Of a stretch of DNA of 55,796 nt, positions 44,976-53,402 are shown piece after piece. The translations under genes and the position numbers were made by a program. The stretch's first letter is position 1. Each line of letters starts with the position of its first letter. Under the pieces are notes generated by a model, which was not told the DNA's origin, searched no databases, and was given only the letters and a program-made list of their open reading frames with translations. The DNA comes from a virus. Its lineage: Duplodnaviria; Caudoviricetes. The stretch covers positions 1 to 55,796 of the IMG/VR virus record IMGVR_UViG_3300028198_000005; one strand, given 5' to 3'.

Positions 44976-46942
44976 TGCAACCCTTTCCTACAGCATTTTG
45001 GAAAAAGGAAAACCTAATCTTAGAAGAAGATAGTTGTTTTTCTCCTTTTAAGGGATCCTTCTCCCAAAACCCTACGGACTCTGTATATAGAATGCTGGTC
45101 GCTGAGGAGCCAAGTACTCCGACCAAAGCAGAAACTTCCGACGGGGCTATAGGCCTTTATGTTGACATAATACCCCAATCCCATCTTCATCGTCGAATTT
45201 TAATAGATGAATATGGGTTAGAAGAACCTTTCGGTGCATGGCGTATGTGGTGGGGCGATTTAAATCCGTATTTCGCAATAGATGAAGCCAGTGGCGCGTA
45301 TAACAGATTTGATAACTGGGCGACAGATATCCTACAAGACAATATCGTCGCAGAAGGAGTTTTCGGCCCGATAGACGTAAAAGTTGAGGGTAAGTTTCTC
45401 GGGGTGTTACCAGTTCCAATTAATTTAGGGAAGACAGACGCGACTGCGCTAATTTCAAACGCATATTCAATATACGAAGTCAATAAAGGTCATGCCGATT
45501 ACGAAGAGTTAGTGAAACATTTTTGGAACCGGCCAACATGCCATTGGCCATACGTCAAAGCAGATAAAGATAAAGATAATGACGGTACAGTTTTTTTAAC
45601 TAACGAGCCCATCTATATCCTGTTATTTGATAGTTCCTATCAATACATTTCTGCTAGCGAAGAAATAAAACGAAAGGGGTTTTTAAGTGCAAATAATACA
45701 AATGGCATGGGAATCAGTTCATCTTACGGACAGATAGATTATACTGGACGAGAAGTCGATAATTATCCCGAGACTATAAAGCATAGTTGGCTAGATTCTT
45801 GGATACGAAGAGATGACCTTCACAGAGCGCTTGGCCCGGTAACTTATTCCTCCTCGGAAGACTGTAAAACTATTACTGTGAAATGCTATTTCGAAAAAGA
45901 TGCTTTTCAAGCTATATCAGAACATTTACAAAACTCTGGTCACAACCCTAATGGTTTTTTCGGAGACAATGAGAAATTCGGCGGGGATTTTATTAGTCAC
46001 GACGTTTTAAAAGCTATCAGAATGGGGTACAATGGATATAGTGACACCAGCACTCTTCAGCAGTTTTTTTATCGACAAAGAGCCAAGGCCAGATTTTCAT
46101 TTGCTCTCGGCTCACAAAAAGCTATCAGGATTACGATAAAAGGATTAGGGACAGACACCGTTGGTGGTGGATACGGCGGTGGGCTGAATCTACATATAGG
46201 CCAAGACGCGGCCCTTAAAGGGGGAACGAAACAAGATGAGGGAGAATCATACCCTAAATCTTTTACTAATAAAGAGTCCGCGGGAACTCCTTATCCATGT
46301 GCCCCGAGCGATTCACAAACATGTAAAATATTTATAGACAACACTGAAAAAATAAAGTGCGTTGCCCCACAGATAGGTTACTTCGAGTTTGAAGATGCTT
46401 CTTATCCTTCAATCGGTCCTGCAGAATCTAACCCTATCTACAATGAGACTTGGAAGGGTAACTATCTAAAAGGTCCAGTTAGAATTTTTGAACTAGCAAG
46501 TTCGACAATTAACGATGAAGGTGAAACGGTTAACAATTATAAAGGTACCGGCGGGGATAAATTTGCGCTAGATTCAAACCTCGATATTGTAAATGGGACC
46601 AGAGGCGGTCTAGAGGCTGACGATTATCATTATTTTCATGGGCTAGAATATATTGATATATCGAACTTTGATAATAGAAAATCTTACTCAACAAACAGCG
46701 AAATTGACGCTGGCAACACTACGGTTAATCCATATGGTAATTCGTGGAAAAACGGAGACTCGACTAATTTTTACGATTATGATTCGATTATGGTCACCCC
46801 AACTTACGAAAGCCCGTATTCATTTATTAAAGACTATACGTTAGAAAAAGGAGATCATACAATAGACTTACTCTTTGATAGTGTGCGTTGTTCCATGAAT
46901 GGTGGGGCTTATTACGAAATACAAATAGAAATACGCGACTGA
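44975..46942 (+). CDS. putative virion/tail-associated protein
   Basis: 655 aa coupled to the fiber gene; FPTAFWK N-terminus. Confidence 0.55.
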   Translation: MQPFPTAFWKKENLILEEDSCFSPFKGSFSQNPTDSVYRMLVAEEPSTPTKAETSDGAIGLYVDIIPQSHLHRRILIDEYGLEEPFGAWRMWWGDLNPYFAIDEASGAYNRFDNWATDILQDNIVAEGVFGPIDVKVEGKFLGVLPVPINLGKTDATALISNAYSIYEVNKGHADYEELVKHFWNRPTCHWPYVKADKDKDNDGTVFLTNEPIYILLFDSSYQYISASEEIKRKGFLSANNTNGMGISSSYGQIDYTGREVDNYPETIKHSWLDSWIRRDDLHRALGPVTYSSSEDCKTITVKCYFEKDAFQAISEHLQNSGHNPNGFFGDNEKFGGDFISHDVLKAIRMGYNGYSDTSTLQQFFYRQRAKARFSFALGSQKAIRITIKGLGTDTVGGGYGGGLNLHIGQDAALKGGTKQDEGESYPKSFTNKESAGTPYPCAPSDSQTCKIFIDNTEKIKCVAPQIGYFEFEDASYPSIGPAESNPIYNETWKGNYLKGPVRIFELASSTINDEGETVNNYKGTGGDKFALDSNLDIVNGTRGGLEADDYHYFHGLEYIDISNFDNRKSYSTNSEIDAGNTTVNPYGNSWKNGDSTNFYDYDSIMVTPTYESPYSFIKDYTLEKGDHTIDLLFDSVRCSMNGGAYYEIQIEIRD

Positions 46943-46943
46943 T

Positions 46944-47783
46944 ATGTCTTATACGAGATACGCAGGAGATAGATTTGTTGGCCCAGCCGGAAACCCTACT
47001 GGGTTTCCGCTTGATGTCGCTGATGGCGCGGTTCTGTTTACTTCTGGAGCTTTCGGAAATAATCAAGCTTCGTATATTAAAGTTTCTGGGACTTGGCAAC
47101 AGGTAGTCCAAACTGGCGTGGTTTTACAAACCATGACCGGCGATCTTCTGGATAAGTATTCGGACCAAGATATACACGGGGTAAAAAGCTTTCATAATAA
47201 TGTTTTTATAAGAGATTTAACCGTTACCGGTACGCAAACTACGCTTAATACGGTAGACTCTACGATCAAAGACAATATTATACTACTTAATAGTGGTGAG
47301 GTTGGAGCGGGAATAACCTTGTTGTCCGGAGGGGTACAAATAGATCGAGGAACAAAGCCCGACGTTTCTTTGGTTTTTGACGAAACTTTATCCGGAGAAT
47401 TTTATACTGGCGCTTTCAACTTTAGCTCTGAAGTAACCGTAACTGGAGACAAGCTAGTTAAATCTAGCGAGACAGGAATCTTTCAAACGGTAATAAACTC
47501 GGTGCACGAAACAGGGTATACAACCACTACCGGAGTTTCCGAAATGCTTCTTACTGGGGTTTCTAGTATATACAATATAGACGGAGTAGTTTTAGGGGAG
47601 GCAACTATTACTCAAAGTCAGCAGATTCAATGTTATGTCGGAGGCGTAGTCCAAACTCCTGTAAGATACTCTTTGTCTAATGCTTCAGCAGGTACCGGAG
47701 TCCCTACTGTTACTTTTAGTGAAAATCTGTTTTCTGGAGTCAGGGCTGATTTTATCTATTCGGCTTCAGCTAGGGTGGTTTAA
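46944..47783 (+). CDS. tail fiber-related structural protein
   Basis: DQDIHGVKSF, LTVTGTQTT, IKDNIILLN and GVQIDRG motifs. Confidence 0.65.
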   Translation: MSYTRYAGDRFVGPAGNPTGFPLDVADGAVLFTSGAFGNNQASYIKVSGTWQQVVQTGVVLQTMTGDLLDKYSDQDIHGVKSFHNNVFIRDLTVTGTQTTLNTVDSTIKDNIILLNSGEVGAGITLLSGGVQIDRGTKPDVSLVFDETLSGEFYTGAFNFSSEVTVTGDKLVKSSETGIFQTVINSVHETGYTTTTGVSEMLLTGVSSIYNIDGVVLGEATITQSQQIQCYVGGVVQTPVRYSLSNASAGTGVPTVTFSENLFSGVRADFIYSASARVV

Positions 47784-47812
47784 AGACTAAAAAATAGTGT
47801 AATACTTTTCGT

Positions 47813-48031
47813 ATGAAAGCACTTTCAGGCAAAAAAACTTATTTTACCGCTGGTGCAGCGGTTTTGACGGCTCTCGGCGCATATTTCGCTGGAGAGGTAG
47901 ATATGCAAACAACGATTTCTGCTCTATTTGCATCACTAATGGCTATTTTCCTTAGAAAGGGTATCACTTCGGAAGCTAAAAAAGCTGCTTCTGATGAAGC
48001 TGCTCCCGCCGAAGATAAACCAGCCGAGTGA
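47813..48031 (+). CDS. holin-like membrane protein
   Basis: LSGKKTY followed by two TM helices and FLRKGI. Confidence 0.55.
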   Translation: MKALSGKKTYFTAGAAVLTALGAYFAGEVDMQTTISALFASLMAIFLRKGITSEAKKAASDEAAPAEDKPAE

Positions 48032-48234
48032 TGGGGTGGCTTAATTCTATATTATCTATACTTACTTCGTTTTTTAAGGTTTTAGATAAAAAAACTTTGA
48101 CTTATGAGGAAAAGGTAGATAAGATAGAAAGAGGCGAAAAGGAACAGGTAAAAAGTGATTGGAAAGAAACACAGAATGAGATTGATCGTGCTTTTGAGCG
48201 CGCTAAGTCTCGTAATAAGTTGCAAGACAACTAA
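48031..48234 (+). CDS. membrane-anchored coiled-coil protein (i-spanin-like)
   Basis: Hydrophobic N-terminus, charged helix. Confidence 0.4.
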   Translation: MGWLNSILSILTSFFKVLDKKTLTYEEKVDKIERGEKEQVKSDWKETQNEIDRAFERAKSRNKLQDN

Positions 48235-48400
48235 TAACCATATTTCTTTACCATCTGTTCCCCAAGATGTTGTAAAAAGGATGATGAACCATCCTCAAAT
48301 AGACAAGGCTTGGGAGAATGTTCCTGAATTTACCAGAGACACTCTTAAGGTTATCTCTGATCAGTCAGCTGAAATAGAAACCTTAAAAATCGATAAATAA
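48176..48400 (+). CDS. lipoprotein (o-spanin-like)
   Basis: MRLIVLLSALSLVISC lipobox; overlaps the previous gene. Confidence 0.45.
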   Translation: MRLIVLLSALSLVISCKTTNNHISLPSVPQDVVKRMMNHPQIDKAWENVPEFTRDTLKVISDQSAEIETLKIDK

Positions 48401-48404
48401 CATT

Positions 48405-48710
48405 ATGAAAAGAACACTAGCACTAGTTGCAATATTAGCAATCTTTTCTCTTACGGCTAACGCAGGAGAAGAGAAAGAAAGTTGGTTCGCGGCAGGCGTT
48501 AAGCCTGATCCTTATATCACTATTCCTTTTATTGGAATCAAAACGCCTCTTCCTGCCGTTTGTGCGGGTAAGGGAATTTCCGCGTCTTTTGATTTTAAAT
48601 GCACGAAGGAAAACTTTATGCTTAAACTTCCTTATTTTAAGATAGACTGGGATTTTCCCGCTTTGTCTCTCGGAAGAGGAAAAGCAAAGGTGACTTTGGG
48701 TACAGAATAG
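48405..48710 (+). CDS. exported hypothetical protein
   Basis: Signal peptide ending ANA. Confidence 0.6.
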   Translation: MKRTLALVAILAIFSLTANAGEEKESWFAAGVKPDPYITIPFIGIKTPLPAVCAGKGISASFDFKCTKENFMLKLPYFKIDWDFPALSLGRGKAKVTLGTE

Positions 48711-48771
48711 TTAGAGTGGGTTTAGAGGACCCCATCTTTAAATTCTAAAAGTTAATTGCAAACCTCTCATT

Positions 48772-48801
48772 AGACCTACCTTTTTGGTAGGTCTTTTTTT
48801 T
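48772..48801 (+). terminator. rho-independent terminator
   Basis: AGACCTACC/GGTAGGTCT stem with a T-run. Confidence 0.8.
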
Positions 48802-48836
48802 CTAAAAACTCATAATTACGTGTATATTACGGATAA

Positions 48837-49238
48837 GTGACTAGGGAAAGACATATGATTTTAGATATCTCCTCTTCGAAGGAAGAAGCTCCGCAGGATG
48901 AATTCATAGATCACTCTCTAAAAGTTAAAAAATATTTAGAAGCTAAAGCTGAAGAAGCCGGAGGAATCAGTTCGGAAAAGCTTATCGAAGTTTTTAAAGA
49001 AGCCGCAAAAGAAGAAGCGGAAATGGTCTTTTGTTTAGCTAAAATTAATAATTTTTTAGAACTGTTTTTAGGAAATCAAAGCTTTAAGACAGCGGTCGCT
49101 AACGAATTCTTCCCAGAAGAACAGTGTTTCATTAAAGCGAAGGAAGAAGTTAAGGAATTTGGTTTGGAGGAAATTGTTTTCGAAGATGCGAGTCAGTTTT
49201 ACCTCGAGACAGAAATGATGAATTTAGAAATTCTATAG
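48837..49238 (+). CDS. acidic hypothetical protein
   Basis: 133-aa ORF; start uncertain. Confidence 0.6.
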   Translation: MTRERHMILDISSSKEEAPQDEFIDHSLKVKKYLEAKAEEAGGISSEKLIEVFKEAAKEEAEMVFCLAKINNFLELFLGNQSFKTAVANEFFPEEQCFIKAKEEVKEFGLEEIVFEDASQFYLETEMMNLEIL

Positions 49239-49242
49239 AAAC

Positions 49243-50688
49243 ATGAAAACGAAATATACAACTATTTTTAGTTCTCATATCAAACCTTTGGTTTCTGAGG
49301 AGAAAGATAAATATCTTGCTTTGGCGTCACTGGTTGATTTAGAGAAGTTCGTGCCCAATGTCGACACAGAGGAAAACTACGATCTGCTTCCTGTGGCATT
49401 CAACGCTTTTGTCGCAAATAGAGTGAATAAGAACGGCGATGTTGTAGACACTGAAACAGCTTTGGCGATGTATAAAAATTTCATCAATAAGCCTGTCAAC
49501 ATCGAACATAACCGTAAATCTGTTATCGGAACTATACTTACGGCAGGATTCTCCTCTTTCGGCGAAGATAAGCCATTAACAGAAGAGGAAGTCAAGGGGT
49601 CAAACGAGCCGTTTAATGTTACTCTTGGGGGAATTGTCTGGAAAATAACAGACCAAGACCTCGCCAATAAAATAGAAAACTCTAGCGACCCTACCAGCGA
49701 AGACTATATGAATATTAGCGCAAGCTGGGAGCTCGGCTTTAACGATTACAATATTGTAGTAGTGGAGGGCGAGGAAAAAAATATCGGAAACGCCAAAGAA
49801 ATTTCTGACCCAAAAGAAATCGAAGAGCTCGAGCCTAAACTAAGAGGTTTCGGCGGAGAAGGCAAACTAGAAGACGGCTCTCATATCTATAGAAAGGTGA
49901 TAAACAAAGTAATTCCTTTAGGAATTGGACTGACAGAAGCGCCAGCAGCTGACGTAAAAGGTGTCCTTACCGCTTCGGGAGAAAAAGAAGATACACAAAT
50001 CGAAGCTGAAATTGCCGAACAAAAAGAAGAAAAAATTTCCCAAAATACTAAAACAAATGTAAGTATTCGAAAGGTGGAACCTATGAAAATAGAAAATATC
50101 ACAGACATAAATGATGAGTCCTTGCAGACTCTTAAAGCTTCTGCGATTCATGAGTACATCCAAAAGAGCCTTCAAGACGCTTCTGAGAAGTTTACTTCTG
50201 AGAAGCAGGAAAAAGATAGCGTTCTAGCGGAGTCTCAAGAAAAGCACGATGGCTTGCTTAAAGAGCACGATTCTCTTAAGGCTGAATTAGAATCCATTAA
50301 GGAGAAGTTGGCTTCTCTGGAAACTGAAAAAGCAGAAAGAGAAATGCTAGAGCGATTCAATCAAAGAATGGCCTCTTTTGACGAGCGCTATGATTTGACT
50401 GACGAAGACCGCAAGGTTCTCGCTAGTCAGGTTAAGAACTTGTCAGACGAAGAGTTCGCCGCCTTTGATGAGAACATGACGGTTCTTCTCTCCTCTAAAA
50501 CTAAGAGGGAAGAAGAAGTAGTTGAGGAAGTAGAAGCATCTACTGCTGAAGAAGTTGTTGAGGCCGCTGTTGAAAACGCAGAGGTTGAAAAGGAAACTGT
50601 TCCTGTATCTTCGCCAGCTGAAGAGCCTTCTATTACCGATAAATATAGTAAAGCTTTTAATATCGATCAGTTCGATATAAAATTGTAA
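49243..50688 (+). CDS. prohead protease/scaffold-like protein
   Basis: NKNGD, KPVNIEH and SASWELGF motifs; acidic coiled-coil C-terminal half; upstream of capsid genes. Confidence 0.7.
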   Translation: MKTKYTTIFSSHIKPLVSEEKDKYLALASLVDLEKFVPNVDTEENYDLLPVAFNAFVANRVNKNGDVVDTETALAMYKNFINKPVNIEHNRKSVIGTILTAGFSSFGEDKPLTEEEVKGSNEPFNVTLGGIVWKITDQDLANKIENSSDPTSEDYMNISASWELGFNDYNIVVVEGEEKNIGNAKEISDPKEIEELEPKLRGFGGEGKLEDGSHIYRKVINKVIPLGIGLTEAPAADVKGVLTASGEKEDTQIEAEIAEQKEEKISQNTKTNVSIRKVEPMKIENITDINDESLQTLKASAIHEYIQKSLQDASEKFTSEKQEKDSVLAESQEKHDGLLKEHDSLKAELESIKEKLASLETEKAEREMLERFNQRMASFDERYDLTDEDRKVLASQVKNLSDEEFAAFDENMTVLLSSKTKREEEVVEEVEASTAEEVVEAAVENAEVEKETVPVSSPAEEPSITDKYSKAFNIDQFDIKL

Positions 50689-50708
50689 ATTGGAGAAAAT
50701 AAAATATT

Positions 50709-51278
50709 ATGGCAAATGAAAGATTAGAGCCGTTTAGAGATTATGACGAGCACGACGTTATCAATTTGTTCAGCTTCGATGATGCTGCAGTTACCCTTAA
50801 TAATTCAACCGTCGTTTACGCCGGTTCGGTTGTTAAGATTAGAACAGGCTGGAGCAACACCGATGAGGTTCAATTTTTAGGTGGCGCAGGTGCTGATTAC
50901 GATAACGTTGTTTCACAACGTTATGGCGTTAACGCAAAAGTAGAATACTGTAACGGCGGACCTTCCGAGGTTCCGTTGGGTATTACTCTTTATGACGTTA
51001 GAGAATACGACGAGAACGGAGAGCTTCTGAAATTTAACCCTCAGAAGGCCTGCGAACTACAAGCTACTGTTAGCGGACAGGCTGTCCCGGTTGCTACAAA
51101 GGGAATTTTCCTTATGGCAACTGGTGCATTTACCGATGCTGACGCGCTTGCTGCGGGTTCCTCGCTTTATGCGACAGGAAATGGTCAACTCTCTCCGACT
51201 GTTGGCGGAGTCAAAGTGGGTAAAGCCCTCGGTGATTCAGACGCAGACGGAAGTGTTCTGGTTAAACTTGAACTGTAA
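50709..51278 (+). CDS. capsid decoration/cement protein
   Basis: Gly-rich beta protein between scaffold and MCP; VGKALG...VLVKL. Confidence 0.65.
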   Translation: MANERLEPFRDYDEHDVINLFSFDDAAVTLNNSTVVYAGSVVKIRTGWSNTDEVQFLGGAGADYDNVVSQRYGVNAKVEYCNGGPSEVPLGITLYDVREYDENGELLKFNPQKACELQATVSGQAVPVATKGIFLMATGAFTDADALAAGSSLYATGNGQLSPTVGGVKVGKALGDSDADGSVLVKLEL

Positions 51279-51299
51279 TTTTAAAGGAGATTTAATAAA

Positions 51300-52439
51300 A
51301 TGAAATTAAAATTTAAAAATACCCCAGAACAGGTTGAATTAATTAAAGCTATGGGCTCAAAGCGTCCAGAGGTTTCTCGCGAAGCTTCTGAGGCTTTTGC
51401 AGCTTTTATTGGCCCCGTTATTCAACAAGTACTTAGTCAGGCTGATACCGCTTCTGCTGTATATGCTGACGTCGTTTATGACGAAGACGATAACCCAAGC
51501 TATCCTCTTGATTTGTTCTACGAGCAAAGAAACGCGGATAACTACGTGACTGTCTTTCAGCAGAACATGGCCGGTGGTCTTCCTAGTTCTCAAGTCGCAG
51601 GCGCCAACGAGCTGAAGGTTTCGACCTATAAGCTTGATAGCGCTGTCAGCTTCTTGAAGAAGTATGCTCGTCGCGGCCGTTTGGACGTTGTGAGTAAGGC
51701 TGTTGAGCGTATGGCTCAGGAAGTCTTGGTTAAACAGGAGCGTAATGCTTGGGCCGTTCTTTTGAAAGCTCTCTCAGAGGGTAAAGGAACTGGTTCCGCT
51801 AACGGTAACCATATCGTCAACAATGTTGGGTCTACAGAGACCTTCCAGCTGGACACTCTTAATGCGATGATTACTCGTATGAAGCGTATTAATAAGTCGT
51901 TCGCTGGCGGCACTGCTGCTCAGGTTTATTCCGAGGGCATTACCGACTTGTTTGTTAGCCCTGAAGTTAAGCAGGATATCAGAGCCTTCTCGTATTCTCC
52001 GATCGGCAATAATGCTGCTCAGAGTTTGCCAGAAGACGCCAAGAGTGGCGCTTATAGGGCCGCTGGTATCGCTAATATCTTCGGTGTTAATATCATCGAC
52101 TTGCAGGAGCTCGGTGTTGGTCAGAAGTACAATACTCTGTACGAGACCTTCAGTGACGCTGCCGGTTTGGCCGCTGCTGTTAACGAGGCTGGTGCTACTA
52201 CTACCTCCGCGTTTAACGATGCTTCCAGCCATGAGGTTGTTGTTGGCGTTGACGCAAGTCGCGAGGCCCTTATCCGGCCTGTCGCTGCTAACTCTGAAAC
52301 TGGCGGAACCTTTACGGCTCTTCCGGACGATCAGTTCACGCAACGTGCAGACAAGACCGGTTTCTACGGTTCTGTCGAAGAGGGACGCGTGTGTATTGAT
52401 GCTCGTGTTTTGGCAGGTGCTCATCTCAAGCGTTCTTAA
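51300..52439 (+). CDS. major capsid protein
   Basis: 379 aa; strong codon bias; ITDLFVSPE, IFGVNI and GFYG..EEGR motifs; followed by a terminator. Confidence 0.8.
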   Translation: MKLKFKNTPEQVELIKAMGSKRPEVSREASEAFAAFIGPVIQQVLSQADTASAVYADVVYDEDDNPSYPLDLFYEQRNADNYVTVFQQNMAGGLPSSQVAGANELKVSTYKLDSAVSFLKKYARRGRLDVVSKAVERMAQEVLVKQERNAWAVLLKALSEGKGTGSANGNHIVNNVGSTETFQLDTLNAMITRMKRINKSFAGGTAAQVYSEGITDLFVSPEVKQDIRAFSYSPIGNNAAQSLPEDAKSGAYRAAGIANIFGVNIIDLQELGVGQKYNTLYETFSDAAGLAAAVNEAGATTTSAFNDASSHEVVVGVDASREALIRPVAANSETGGTFTALPDDQFTQRADKTGFYGSVEEGRVCIDARVLAGAHLKRS

Positions 52440-52458
52440 TAGAAGCGCTATTAAATTC

Positions 52459-52491
52459 AAAAACCCGTCGACTTCGGTCGGCGGGTTTTTT
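52459..52491 (+). terminator. rho-independent terminator (UUCG loop)
   Basis: AAAAACCCGTCGAC-TTCG-GTCGGCGGGTTTTTT. Confidence 0.9.
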
Positions 52492-52550
52492 ATTTCTATT
52501 TTTTAGATAAAATGTGTAAAATATATTATAATAAGGAAAGGTAAAAGGTA

Positions 52551-52910
52551 ATGGCAGCAAAAAGGAAAAAGAGAAAATTAGACAGCGTTAAACAAACTCA
52601 CGCAAAGGTGGAGAAAAAGTTCCAACCAACAACCCTTGATCAGATTTGGGGGGATGATGGCTCTTCAGAATACGGTACTTTGAGCTATGAAAAGTACAAG
52701 GATAAAGTGTATGATATGAATATGTCCGATCTTCAGGCTCATGCATCAAGAGTAGGAATAGTTCCTGTTGACAATAGAAACATGCTTACGGACAGACTTT
52801 TGAGAGAGTTCGGCAGACATGCGTCGACGTATTCAAAACCAGCAGAAGCCTCCGCCGCAGAACAAAAAATTCCTGAAAAAATAAAGCAAATCCTTGCCGA
52901 GGGGAGATAA
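52551..52910 (+). CDS. hypothetical protein (Rho-N/SAP-like helical motif)
   Basis: MNMSDLQAHASRVGI...RNMLTDRLL. Confidence 0.6.
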   Translation: MAAKRKKRKLDSVKQTHAKVEKKFQPTTLDQIWGDDGSSEYGTLSYEKYKDKVYDMNMSDLQAHASRVGIVPVDNRNMLTDRLLREFGRHASTYSKPAEASAAEQKIPEKIKQILAEGR

Positions 52911-52914
52911 ATAA

Positions 52915-53379
52915 ATGTCTCACGGGTTGGATAAAATAGACCCTAGGTATGTAGACGGCTCCAAAGGAAGAAATAGTCAAATACTAAGACTTGACTCTGA
53001 CTTAGATTCTGATTTTGGAGACTTACTAAGGGTAGCTAACCCTTCCGGCACGACTGGGAATAACGGAACATATTACTTTGATCATGGTTCCGAGTTTCAT
53101 ACTTTTATCCTGAATCACAACAACTCAAACATATACTTTTCAGGCACTCCTGACGTCAAGGGTAGTTATCAAGTTAGAATATATAATAACTCAGGAAATG
53201 GAAATATCACAGTAAATGAATACGAAAAATTTGCTTGGCAGGGACAGAAACCTCCAGTAAGCGTTATCGTCCCAAGCGGACAACATTATATATATGCTTT
53301 GACTCACCACGGAGATTTCACTTCTTCATATCCAGATTTGAAGGACTGGTCTGCTATATTTGTTTCAGAAAGTCCATAA
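52915..53379 (+). CDS. hypothetical structural protein
   Basis: 154-aa beta-rich ORF. Confidence 0.55.
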   Translation: MSHGLDKIDPRYVDGSKGRNSQILRLDSDLDSDFGDLLRVANPSGTTGNNGTYYFDHGSEFHTFILNHNNSNIYFSGTPDVKGSYQVRIYNNSGNGNITVNEYEKFAWQGQKPPVSVIVPSGQHYIYALTHHGDFTSSYPDLKDWSAIFVSESP

Positions 53380-53402
53380 AAAAGTGTAATAGATAAAACA
53401 AG

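Noticed and set aside
51774-52506. Long alternative-frame and antisense ORFs over the major capsid gene
   Set aside because: Shadow ORFs caused by strong codon bias in the MCP gene.
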